A stretch of DNA of 64,000 nucleotides from Antedon mediterranea (taxonomy: Eukaryota; Animalia; Echinodermata), in assembly GCF_964355755.1 (NCBI RefSeq), contig NC_092672.1, positions 9,052,001 through 9,116,000 on the forward strand, given 5' to 3'. Numbering within the stretch: the first letter of the stretch is position 1; each line of letters begins with the position of its first letter. Of the stretch, positions 24,459-38,300 are shown in pieces. Both the position numbers and the translations under genes were made by a program. The notes below the pieces were generated by a model. It had not been told where the DNA came from. It worked only from the letters and a program-made list of their open reading frames with translations, and did not search any database.

Positions 24459-27400
24459 CTAGATGGCACGCTCGCTTCGCTCGCGTACCATCTAGGGGTG
24501 CTCACAGATGGTTCTCGAATACAGTAGAATAGAATAGAGACAACAAAACCAATACTGGATTCCATAAAGGACAATTAATTTATGTGGACTAAAGAAATTA
24601 GGGAGAAATGGAAATGTATGTACCGGGGAATTGGGCGGCACGTGGTGGTGGTGATGGAACCGCAGTAATAAAGTTGATTGTATTTATATATTATAAGAAC
24701 CAAACTAAATAAATAGACCTAGACATTCTGCGAAATGGAAATCGGAAATTCAAGCTCCTATTCAGTGAAAAATTAAACTGTAGTCTACCTAAATATTTAG
24801 GGCAAATCATCGGTTGTGGTGGTTGAAATTCCTGTAAACATTTGTGTGAACCAAACTGGGTCGAATTTCTGTCATGAGTACTGATTTGTTGGCCTGTGAT
24901 TTATGACGCCTAAGAGATCTATCTAGACTTATTTTTTAGAATAATGTACGTACCTGTCAGATACAATTGTCTTGTGTCGTATAATAAATAAGTACTGTAA
25001 TAGTTACTGAAGTTACTATTACAATCTCGTCAATGAAAACACGAAAATGTATATGCACTTACTTATGAAAACGTATACAGTATTATACTCAGTTATTGAA
25101 ACAGTAGGTTTAAAAAAGTTTCGTTTGTCTGTAAAATGATGTAATCAAGCTGTTTACATGAGTCTTAATTTATAAGCACATCAATAATAAAATAGTTTAT
25201 CTATCCTGTAATTGGCGAGATTATGGTCGCTGTTGAATGAAATAAAGCCAATCGGTATCATATTTGTACAGAAACGTTTTCGCGGCCGAAGGGTGTAACC
25301 TAAATTTGGACTAAAGAAATTAGGGAGAAATGGAAATGTATGTACCGGGGAATTGGGCGGCACGTGGTGGTGGTGATGGAACCGCAGTAATAAAGTTGAT
25401 TGTATTTATATATTATAAGAACCAAACTAAATAAATAGACCTAGACATTCTGCGAAATGGAAATCGGAAATTCAAGCTCCTATTCAGTGAAAAATTAAAC
25501 TGTAGTCTACCTAAATATTTAGGGCAAATCATCGGTTGTGGTGGTTGAAATTCCTGTAAACATTTGTGTGAACCAAACTGGGTCGAATTTCTGTCATGAG
25601 TACTGATTTGTTGGCCTGTGATTTATGACGCCTAAGGGATCTATCTAGACTTATTTTTTAGAATAATGTACGTACCTGTCAGATACAATTGTCTTGTGTC
25701 GTATAATAAATAAGTACTGTAATAGTTACTGAAGTTACTATTACAATCTCGTCAATGAAAACACGAAAATGTATATGCACTTACTTATGAAAACGTATAC
25801 AGTATTATACTCAGTTATTGAAACAGTAGGTTTAAAAAAGTTTCGTTTGTCTGTAAAATGATGTAATCAAGCTGTTTACATGAGTCTTAATTTATAACCA
25901 CATCAATAATAAAATAGTTTATCTATCCTGTAATTGGCGAGATTATGGTCGCTGTTGAATGAAATAAAGCCAATCGGTATCATATTTGTACAGAAACGTT
26001 TTCGCGGCCGAAGGGTGTAACCTAAATTCGTTGTATTATCGTCAAGAACTAACTGTAACTAAACTTACATAGAAAGTAGGGTATCATAAATTTGGCCTTA
26101 GCACTCGGGGGAGTGGCTAAGATGTCCGTGGGACTACTAAATATAAATTGTAATGAACCTCGAGGGACATAAATAGGAATATTTCATGTTTCATTATCAA
26201 TGTATAATAAATGGAAACTGTTTACCGATTCAAATAATATAAATTGGTTTTTAACATTTTCCGAACCTATTGCAAGTTTATTCTCAAAGGGCCCATATAT
26301 TTACCTACCGTATGTGTTAAACCAAGGGCTCATAAATTTACCTACAGTACTTGTGTTAAACCAAACTCTGGCAGACTGAGAGATTGGGATGTTCCATTCA
26401 TCGCAAATCAATACATTTGTATAATCGTATATTAAATCTATCAAAATAGTATTTTTTAAAAGAAATCGGCCTGTCTTCAACATTATGATGGTGTACTCTA
26501 GCTGTTCAACCGGTTTTCAGCTATTAAAAACAATTATCGTAGGAGGAGATAGAAAAATGCGAAGCCTTCTCGCATTTTTTTGGCGGGTATTTTTCAAGAC
26601 GGACATCCATTAGACAGTGTATACCACGATCGGAAAACACCCCTATTTGGGGCAAATCGTTGAACCTAAATTCGTTTTAATCGTCAATAACTAATTATCT
26701 AACTCAATTTAATTAGTAAACAGGGTTACATCAGGCGGTTAAAATCAGTACCGAAAGTACGAACCAACTTTACATACCATCGAGTGAAAATTCTAGAAGT
26801 AAGGCGCGATTTACCGAATTTCGCCCTTACGTAAATTTATATATAGATAAATAGAGTAAAACATTTCCGATTTAATAACTGTTAAAATTGTCACTGTCAT
26901 AGTCGATTGAAATAGTAAAGTACATGTAACGATACACCACCACGACGTTTATATTTTTTTGTAATTATTAATCAATACAAACGTTGAGAAGCAACTGTCA
27001 GTAATAAAGTATTATATTATTATGTGTTTATAATCTAAAAGTAGGGGCTACCCACACTCACAGTAATAAAGTTTATTAGTATATTTGTTTATATTATAAT
27101 AAACAGTAGGCCTACCAACGCACACAATAAGAAATTTGCGATTCAAATGGCTATCAAAAGTGGTTAATACCTATTTACAGTATTGTATAGGTTTACAATA
27201 CTATTTATGTTTATTCTCAAAGGGCCCATAAATTGACCTACTTGTGTTAAATCATGGAGGTATGCAAGCATGGTTAAACCAAATAATTTGGAATGTTCCA
27301 TTCATCGCAAATCAATACATTTGTATAAACGTATATTAAATCTATCAAAATAGTATTTTTTAAAGAAAATCGGCCTGTCTTCAACATTATGATACTCTAC

Positions 27401-27750
27401 TCGAGCTGTTCAACCGGTTTTCAGCTATTAAAAACAATTATCGTAGGAGGAGATAGGAAAATGCGAAGTATCCTCGTATTATTGTGTACAGGTATTTTTC
27501 ATGAGGACATCCATTAGACAGTGTATACCACGATCGGAAAACACCCCTATTTGGGGCAAATGGTTGAACCTAAATTCGTTTTAATTGTCAATAACTAATT
27601 ATCTAACTAAATTTAATTAGTAAACAGGGTTACATCAGGTGGTTAAAATCAGTACCGAGATTATGACCAACTTTACATACCATCGAGTACACATTCTAGA
27701 AATAACGCGCGATTTACAGAATTTTGCCCTTACGTAAATTTATATATAGA
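24459..27750 (-). mobile_element. Non-autonomous Helitron-like element with internal duplications, just downstream of the ALP copy 3 stop codon
   Basis: On the - strand: 5' TCTATATATAAATTTACG ends at 27750 and again at 26847; the 3' end is CTAG|T at 24459 within a GC-rich hairpin (CTAGATGGTACGC..GCGTGCCATCTAG). No TIR or TSD. Confidence 0.65.
24585..26027. repeat. Near-perfect 722-bp tandem duplication (2 copies)
   Basis: TGGACTAAAGAAATTAGGGAG starts at 24585 and at 25307; I noticed only about two substitutions between the copies. Confidence 0.93.
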
Positions 27751-28109
27751 AGCTATAAAAGTTTATATTTAGTTGTATTTTGAAAAGAAAGCCTGTAGTC
27801 AGAGGTGAGGGTAGTGCAGTGGATAGGGTGTGGTGAGATGGACCCAACTCCACCGTTTGCTACTGTAAGACTTTGATTGTCTTAAAATTACAAATTTAAA
27901 AGACAATTGTTTGACTTAATTTCAGAAAATAACAATGTTTTCGGTAGATTATTCCTGAAAGTTAATAAAGCTAGTAGCGTCCTATGCTAATAATATTAGT
28001 GTAGGTTCAAGGGTTAAATTTTGCGGCAAATAATATTTCTCCAGTCTCTGTCATTCCTAACACCAATCAAGAACATTTATGTGAAACGCCCTGTAGGCCT
28101 ATGACACAC

Positions 28110-29247
28110 GGGTGTCACGAAACCTAAGACCACGAAAGCTAATACCCCCTAAGATCTAAAATCACAAAAGCTAAGACCCAAGACCTAAGATTACAAATAT
28201 TTATCTTTCGCACCTGCCTTGTATTTTAACTCCCAACATTTATTCTGAATACCACACCTTAGAATTGGCACTTTTATGAAAAAGAATCACATAAAAAGTA
28301 ACAAATACAATTTTAAATTGATGATTTTACAGACGTTTTTCTCGCACACAAACTGTTTGCAAATTTCGCATGACTTATAGCCTACAGTACAGTATGCCTA
28401 CCCCTGTTCAATGTTTTTGTTTCTATGGAACGTCAAAAAAGCAAAAATTATATAGAGGGCTGAAAACTATGTGGAGTCCATCTACAGTGTGGATGGAACA
28501 ATGTAAAATTAAAATTGTAATGATAATAGTATAATCATGCAAGTACGAAGAAATAAATACTGGCAAATAAATTTTAATTTAAAAATCATGATAATAAGTT
28601 TTTTTGTTTCGTTTTCTTTCTGTTTTTATACTTGTACTATTATTTTTGCTCTTTTGGTGCTTCATAGAAACAAAAACATTGAGCATGGGGGGAACTCGAG
28701 GAGTTACAGGTATAGTAGAGATATTATAATAGTTCACTATAATATCTCTATGAGTATACAAAGAAACATGTCTCTAAAATCATCAATTTAAAGGATTTAT
28801 TTATTTGTTTTTATGTGTTTCTCCTTCTGAAAGTACTTTTAAATCCTAATTTTAAAGTGTGGTATTCAGGATAGAGTTAGTCAACAAATTTGGAGTCAAA
28901 ATACAAGAAAGGCAGGTGCGTAAGAAAAACATCCTCTGAACCAACACAATGGAGTAAATATATACTAACAAACGACCCGTCAAGTTTGTTTGTTGTAAAG
29001 AAAAAAATATACATTTACTCAACGGGCGAAAATAATGTGAGTTTATCTATGTTTTGCAGTAGTATTTAATTATATTTATGGTAATAAATGAAACCTACTG
29101 TGTTTAAAATTATGTATGGATAAACAAGTATTGTTTTTAAGCTGTAATATATCTTAGAATTTGTAATCTTAGGTCTTGGGTCTTAGCTTTCGTGATCTTA
29201 GGTCTTAGGGGGTCTTAGCTTTCGTGGTCTTAGGTTTCGTGACACCC
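28110..29247. mobile_element. Mutator-like non-autonomous TIR element with a nested MITE, in the ALP copy 4 promoter
   Basis: ~88-bp TIRs GGGTGTCACGAAACCTAAGACC... / ...GGTCTTAGGTTTCGTGACACCC; 10-bp direct repeat TATGACACAC at 28100-28109 and 29248-29257; inner inverted repeats at ~28208-28268 / 28845-28922. Confidence 0.85.
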
Positions 29248-29372
29248 TATGACACACACGCGGCCCTCTATCATAAAATTAAACTGATATAGCGCTATGC
29301 CAACTGAAAATGCTCATTGTCGAAAGATTATTATTTGCTGGTAGTAGGACGTCAGTGAGAGTTGATATGAAC

Positions 29373-32300
29373 ATGTTTAGGTCCCTTCATCCAGTTGTGT
29401 TATTGTCTCTCTGTTTCGTGTACGTTCAAAGTGAGTATAAAATTTATCTTTTCTTTACTTTAAGTTAAACCACATTTAGAGGCTTACTCTAAACTAACGT
29501 CCATGCTATAGTAGTGCAAGAAACATATTTAGATAAAAATGTAATTAATAGTACATGCTGTAAATGTCTACAATACCCATAGTAACAACTCAGCTTGGAA
29601 ATACACAACAATTATTTATACGGGCATCAATAATAAGTGCATTGTTCAGGCAATCATCAGGCAGACGGCATAACCATTGGCCCAGCTTGAGTCTAATCTG
29701 GTTCAGGCCCTTGAATATATTAAAACAGGGTAGTAGTGTTGACATAAGTCAACCATGTTGACCCCTACAGTTTACTTGCTGAAACATGAGTAGTGTTTGT
29801 ACATAGTACATTAGTAAAGATAAATCAGCAGCCTTTCTCACAATGATACTGATACACTATCTTTATATTGGTCTTTGAGCGGCAAAAGTTGAAATAAAAG
29901 ATATCATCAAGCGGCAATATTAGTTAATATACAGTATATTAACTTTTTTTAAGTTTGTGTCATAAAAAAATTAATCTATTCATTATTATAGTTTATGCTA
30001 TGTCTATTCTTTCATCAGGGATACATTTTTAATGAATACGTTTTAGCTTTAGTGATTAAACTATAATGAGACTTATCAATTTGATACTTATAATCAGTTA
30101 CAGTTATTGACACAAGTGATTACTACGTGGTGGTTGACTCTCATATTGCTAACATTAGACTGTTTTTTCAGTAAAGTTGTTTCTTTATGTGATTACCAAG
30201 TGGGGTTATAGAATAGGGGGTATGCGACCATCCGATCCATCCGTCGTCATTGCAAAATCTCCCATTTCACAACATTGCACCCGTGGCGATGTTGCTGCAA
30301 TTACATGTGGGGTTTTTGTTTACATTCACAGCGAAAAAAAATCACCACTTGCAGCTTCTTCAAATTTTATTTTCCTTACTATTAGTATTTTTCGTCGTAC
30401 TATTTTATGGTCGTTTATAATCGGTATTCATTCCATTTTCCATCGAAAGTGCATCCGTCATTCCGAATCCGATCGTCGTTTTGGGTGTATTAACCTATAT
30501 ATAACCTTCTTTATTTGAGTATTAGGCTCGACTATCATGCACTGCTGTTTCGACTTTTGCTATACAACCATGCATCTTCATTCTACCATCAACTTTATTT
30601 ATTTATTATAATTTGTTAACAGAAATGAATTGTGATATTTGAATTATGATCGAATTTTTCACGTTGACATTCTGAAGTGTAAAGCTGCCATTCGACAATC
30701 AACCTTTATTATCAACATTGTAAACAGCTGCTTTGTCTTAAAATAACAATATAATTTCTTCTTAAAATTCAGAGTCATATTTTGAATCGTAAACGAGAAC
30801 GCAAAAACACGATGTAGTTACATTACTTTTCCAATTTACGACCGGTAACAGTAAGCGGAAAACCGCGTAGCTTGTCCCACGTAGAATCTGTATCTATCAT
30901 CAATCATGAGCGAAAACCGCCCGTCCGCTCCACGCTGTGTGTATAATTTGTATTACCGTTACCGTTGTAGTCAGAAGACGCGATACTGTACACTTTTTAT
31001 TGACCCTAGACTGGTCTTTTTTCCGGCCGCAATTCTATATTTAGTAGGAATTGCTTTACATGTATCAGTCATTCGAGAAGGGATTATTCCTCCGTGATCT
31101 AATTAAGACGACAATCAACGAATTCATTGACAATTATATTCGAACATCGTATTCTATTTTAACAATTTATCTGGATTATATTATTTTCGATTAACTTGGA
31201 AAGATTCAATTTTGATATTGATACAATGTTATTTTATAATTAATACATGTCTATTTGAATTAGAAGAATTTACATAGTAAATAAAATATAAAAATAGTTT
31301 AAAATGATTATATTCACACACTAATGTGGTAATCGTAATGTCTACCTGTGTACTATTGACACCTCACAACGTTAACACTATCTTGGTCTGTTCATCCTTA
31401 TACTTTCGATGTCAAATAATGCTGTCTCTGATTATACATACCCCTAATGGACGCAAATAGTAATACAAACACATTTATATAGCGAAATGGACTTGTATGA
31501 TATGCGCTTTTCTATAAGAATTCATTGAAATATTCTTTTCTGTAGTATTTACCTACCAGTATATTTCTGAGCATCTGTTAACCATCATTATGCAATTGCA
31601 ATGACATGATGATTCGTTGACTTTCACTTTTTTAGTTATATATGTTTGTTTTGAAACATTAAAGATGTTGATAATTCAAATGACCGACCCCATTTACGAC
31701 ATAATGTAAAGCTCTGTCTACACTATGAGACTATGTGACAACAAATGCGATGTGCCGATATAAGGACATGATGATAAGATCAATTTTTATTGAAGGACCA
31801 ACTTACTGGAATAAACTCCAGTCTACTCTAGAACAAAATCACATGACCTCACTCCCTATGCTAAAGTACAATATTAAAAAGATGATATTTGAAACATATT
31901 GCTATAGCTACTATTGCTACTGAAAAATTGGGGTTGTAAACATTTAGCTTAATATCACTTTGTTGTGTTTGTGTTTTTTTCTTTTTCTGTCTCAAAATGT
32001 CTTTTTTTGTTAATGTAATGCGTTCGTATAATAGGTTTTATGTTTATGCTTAGGACTACAAAGACAAGCCACTTTGGCTTCTGTGTATCTTAACCGATAA
32101 ACTTTGTAAAATATTGAATATTGAATAAATGTTGTTGTAACATCACTACCATATTTTAAGCATATTACTATCATATTTGGGCACTTCACACTTTTTTGTT
32201 TGTTTGCTAGTTTATACTGTGTAGACAGAGCTTATAAGCTAAAGGCGTATGATCCTATTGCCAGTTTTTCGTCTTGTGTGTCAAGTGTCAACCTGACTTC

Positions 32301-35300
32301 AACATAATTATTATTGTTTTGTAACAAATGACCCTCTGACTAAATTCTAATTAATGATTGCTATATTTTGCTGACATTTTAGCTAAATACTACACCGTTA
32401 TGCAATTCACACAGGACCCTGATGTCTTCTTATTCGGAATTCCGTAGGGTATCCCGTTCTAAGCCAATGCATGAATCTTCTCACCGGTGTGCATCTTTCA
32501 ATGCGGAATTCCGTAGGGTATCCCCGTTCTAAGCCAATGTATGAATCTTCTCACTGGTGTGCATCTTTCCATGCACCAGTGATAGTCAACAGTGCATTGA
32601 AAAATGAATGTTTTATCTGATTCGTAATTGAAGCTTAGACGCTGTTAATAGTCGAGATCGGATGTTTCTGCTTGTGTAAGTAACACAAGCGTGATAAAAC
32701 CTTTCTCTGTTTTAATGTGGCATTTGGGACTCATCGGTATTCTTAGATAACGTATGCTTGATAGTGTTGCATTTAAAATATAATATTGTATAATCTCACA
32801 ATTTATTGGTTGTTCGCAATCTATAGTTGTTTTCCATGTCTAATGATGTTGCCTATTAAACACTTAACATAAGAATACTGTACATAATACAGTACATCCC
32901 GGATGCTTGATTTTTTTGTGTGTGTGCTTTACTTAATGTGTACGTCACCGACAAAACATTTTAAATTTTTGTTATTTTTTCGAATTCAATTTATAACATA
33001 TCCATGTATGAATATAAGAATCTGAACCATTCATGTTTAAACTCAACAAGATATCTTCTTAATAGTCTTAATAGGAGTGTCCTTTGAATAGGAGTTTGAC
33101 ATCGTGTACAACATAATACTGTATGCCTGCCAATTGTTTTAATTGATTTCATATGACAGTGTTCGTTGAAGACATGTCTGTAAATGAAATTTATCGTTTG
33201 ATTAATGAATGAATTATTCTATTTTGATTTCTGAGGTTTAATAATTGATAAACAATTCAGGTATATAGAAAGAATAAATGTCTAAACCCTGTGTTAACAT
33301 TATACGTTATATAGCAACATATTCCAGACTTCCAACATTTGACCCTTAATTAAAAGATTGTAATCGGAAAGGGCCTTAAAATTGAAATGAACCTTTGGAC
33401 AGTTAAACACGTCTACGCCTTGTCAGTAATTATTGTGATTTCCACCTTCCGCAATTGGAAGTGGTAATTCTTGGATCTATAAATTAGATATCATCGTGTC
33501 CATATGACCACATCACATTTTTTTTGTCACATAAAGTTTAAAAGTGTAGACAGAGCTTTAGACTACCACACCCACAAAGAAGTCGCAATACAAAGTAATA
33601 CTTATATAAAAAGTAATACTTATATAAAAAGTAATAGTAAGTAAGAAAGTATAAAAAGATGTAGAAAACAGCAGTTAATTAAACGGAAATCTTCAATTTT
33701 AATCTCATTGGTCAATTATGTACCAATTCGTTTGACGGAAATGCATAGTTATTTAATTTAAGATTGTTTTAAACACTTTATTAACTTCAAGTTAATGCTG
33801 AATTAAATCTTCTAATATACCGAACAATTATAAAAAACTTAAACATAAGAAACATATTTTACATCAACCTTTTTCATTTTTACACTTGTGCTAAACAGCG
33901 CATAGAGACTATTTGTATTTTGCGCTATATAAATTTAAAACCATTAAACCATTACACATATTCATACATTAAACATATTCATACACTAAACACATTAAAC
34001 ATATCCAAAATTTGATTAATGTAGTCAGATTATTAAAGTAGTAATGAAGATAATAATAAAGATTCAACGTAATTTAAACATAATATCAGACCTTAATTTA
34101 TAAATATAAGAGGACAGCTCCTAATGGCTCTCCTCAATATGTTGAGGAGAGCCATTATTTTGATTAAGTATCCGAGGCACAGGCCCACCATGGTTGGGCC
34201 TGTGGCGAGCCGAATTTTGATAATTGACACCTCTAGATGGCCGGAAATGGTACTCTCGCACGTAAAATTCATCGTAGGTCATTTATTCTCTGAACGTAGT
34301 CCAACGATGTATTGTTATGATATAATTTTATCTACGCGTCGATCGTAGGGTGGTTCGTAGGGTTAGTAAACACCATTGTCATCGCCTTTAGAAGCATGGA
34401 CAATGCAAACAAACAATGTATTGTTTGCTAATTAAAATCCTATCTAAAGATAGTAGACGTCAATTTTTGGGCGCTAGTTCCGTTTCGCACCTGTTTTTAT
34501 TTCGACTTCCTTTTGACTCCAAATTGTTAAGCAACTTATTGTGAATACCACACCTTAAAATTGGGCCTATATATATCAATAAAAAAAAAGTTAAATGCAC
34601 TATGTTATAGACCAAGATAAACATGATTATAAACGCATATTTAGCTAGCCACCCCGTTGCAATAGGGCAACGAATGAAACAAAAAATGAATCAGGAAGGA
34701 GTCAGGAAATGCAGGTAGTTATTTTCATTCTTCCCTGGTTAGGTTTAGAACAAAGACAAATCATTTTTATTACCGTAGATTGAAATTAATAACGTAAGGG
34801 CGAAAAAATAATTTAACCTCAATTAAGTACCTTTATTATGGTAATAACTTGTTATACTCTATGTGTACATGATTTTGCCCAATCCCTAATACAAGCATGT
34901 ATTAACCTAAACCAGACTAAGGTTAAGTATAGAGGATATCATATTAGGATTACAAATACATGTAGCTGGCATTCTTTAACATTGTTATTATTTAATAATC
35001 ATAATGTACCGTATACTTAATAATTAAGTTAAACCCTATCTGTCAATGACTTGCTCGATTACCATAATATCATGGTGTGGAAATCGTTAGAGATCTATAT
35101 CGAAATGGAATTAAGTTTCGTAATGTTTATTTTTATAATAATCACGTTTTTAAAGTCACAGTCAGCTAACCTTTCTTATTATGTATGAAGTGAATTGCTA
35201 ATACTGAACACTAATAGCCTTATTAATAGTAAACTGTATATTGGATAAGCAAGTACCGCTGGGTACTGTTAATAGTAATGACATTGTGTAAAGTTATCGG

Positions 35301-38300
35301 AAATTATCAATATAGCTATAAGGTTAAACATGATAATACCGCTGGGAACGCATGGATGACATAAGTAGATAGCTTATATTGTATTCTAGATATTTCTCAT
35401 ATCCCACGTGTTCGATTCATTGTCATAATCCACTCTTATTATGCTCTTATTTCTTATGTCAAAAATAGATACCTTTATATTGGCGTATATAATATTCTAA
35501 TCATCGTAAGCCTCGCTTGTTCATTTTTAACCTACATTTCTGAGGGATTCATTCATTCATCTTTTTATTTCGGAATACCATGATTATATTATAATATATC
35601 CATATATAACAACAATTTTAAATGTAAATATGTATATGTTTGTATGATGTAGTATGTTTAAGCGGATATTGGCCCTTGATGGCATTTGCAATATAGAAAT
35701 TGAATCGAATTGAATTGAATCAACAGAAAGAAGCTTGATCTAAGAAATCATAGTACAGTAAGTAAAAATAGGAGTTGAGGTTGTACAGAAAACAGACAAA
35801 TATATAAAGTCAATGCAAGAAGTCATTCCACTGAATTCACGATTTGTAGAGTGGTTTAGAAACTATTGGAAGTATGTATGTCATTAGACCCACGGCAGCC
35901 GTAAACTAATAATCGTCATTCTTAATTACCTATTTTCATCTGTTTTTTTCTTTTGTATATTTATGTATTTCATGAATGGGTGGGACGTAATATCGGTATA
36001 AAGAAAATTGTTGAACAAACGTGTTTTTTAATATAATCATATTTAATGCATAATACAATACAGCAAATATGCCTAGTGGTTCCCGTAATTAAACCTAATT
36101 AAGTAGAGGATTTCCATAATCAGACCTTGAAAATATATGAATTACAGGTTTTGATTTGGAACAGTAACAACACTTTTCATGTGATTAATGTTGGCTGAAG
36201 AGTAAAACAATGGTATAAATCAGAGAAGAGTGAAAATCAAACAACTTAAAATAGTATCCGCAATTACCTGAAGGAGATCAACAGTGATAAAAAGCAAAAC
36301 GGATTATTAATAATTATTTGTGACAAAATTATTTTCCGAACAATAGTTTTTTACATAATTATTTCGGTCATGGCCATGAAAGAGAAATACTTTGTTGCAC
36401 AAACTAACTATAAATAATATATTTATGTCAAATGTATTCTGTGTCATTTATCAACGAAACCCCTACTTAACCCACATAGAACCAGAGGTTAAGTTCTAGC
36501 ACGATTGAATAAAGTAGAAGAGACTATTAATTCTTAAAGGTGTTATTTTTGTATTGTAAATTGTAACACTTTAAATAGATTTTTGCATTTGATTGAATGA
36601 TAAGACATGTTATTCAATAACTACTTTATTGAACTGTTACGTCATCAAGAGTGCAATTTTGTTATATGCACGTTCATTCTTCACTGATCACCATTATAAT
36701 CGTCGTAATATGCCCTCTAAAATCCTGTGTAGGCCTACGATTTTTTTAGGAGTAAGGCAAACTAGGGTACCAACATTAGTGATATTACTTTAAAATATAC
36801 AATTCAGTTAGCCAAGTTGCACTTCGAAATTTACGCGCTTACCTAGTAGGCCACAATCATCATATCAAGTTATTATCAATTTTATTTAATTTTCAATTCT
36901 GTAAATTATAAATATATTTTCACATTAACACATTAATACCTCTTTAATATGTATAATATACAGCAATTACAGTAAGTGATTTGTATTGGTATTTTTATTG
37001 ATGATTGTATTGTAAAACACGTGTTTTTTTGTAATGAATTTAAGTCAAGTTACGGATAACACTTAAGTTTGTTCGATCTACTTAAGGTTTATATACCCAG
37101 TCAAACATTAATGGTAATTCCACTTAAGTGAGTACTTCTGATCCAATACTATTTTAATGTAGCCGACTCTGGGCACTTATGTGCTGAACACAATCCCTTA
37201 TATCCACACTTGTATCACTGCTTGTAGGGTTAAGTGTCAGATACATTCTAACATACTTATTATAAGCTATAAGTTTCTCATAATAACTTCGGCACATAAA
37301 AAGTACAAGAGATACTGCATCTGAACTGAAGTTATGGGTGTATGATTATATTTTGGACACTGAAAATCCACTTTAGGAAATAGATTCGTTGAGATTCGTC
37401 TTGGACATAGATAGAGAATTCTCATGTGAATATTTTGAGAGTGAGCGCGTAGACAGAAAATCGCAGTTTAGTTGCTTTAGCTCAATTGAGATTTTAAATT
37501 TACTATTTCGATTGCTGATCACTTTACTGTTAGTGAATTGTATATGGAATCTTTAAAAGATTGAGTTTCAGATCCGTTGTTCCAATTACCAATTTGGTCT
37601 ACTGTTTCTACAAGATCCATATTCTATATTGAATAACTTACTTAGATGATATTGAATTGTGGGAAGCTAATTGGATTGTGGGTAATATTATATAAAGTAT
37701 AATCAGCCATTTGCCTTTGAAATATCATCATGTAAATAATGTTGGATATTTGTACATAATAGATTAATACATTATTAAGTTGACATAACTTAGGCCTATA
37801 TGAAAAAAAAAATGTAATTCGACTAATGGTAAAATCTGGCACTTGAACATTAGACTTGCAGATTGTTACCATTGTCTGTTTTAACCTCCCAAATATTAGG
37901 CCTAGTTATATTTACCCTATTAAAGTGGACAAGTAAACAAAAATGCCTTTGAAAAGCATTTAGAATTCAAGGGTTAAATTTAATGGTTAGCTTTTCTACT
38001 ATCATCCCTACTTAACACCTGACGAAGTAACCATGCAAATATTTGTAAATTTGCACAGGGGTCTCAAAAGGTTATTGCCGGTACCAACAAAATAGGTTTC
38101 CTCCTCGTGACGCGACTATAGTACATCATAGGGAGAAACAAGCAACACACATACGCAAATACAGATGCCTTGCGAAGCAATGTTATTCCACTTCACACTT
38201 TCAAACATTGCTAGGACAATATTAATATTGTAATAAACAGGAACGCTAACCTTCTTGCTTTTTATATTATGTATACACACATCCAATACAAGCACGTGTC

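Noticed and set aside
30177-31097. 113-aa and 63-aa ORFs inside ALP copy 4 intron 1 as a nested gene
   Set aside because: No recognisable motifs, a non-ATG start for the longer one and no supporting exon chain; more likely decayed mobile DNA.
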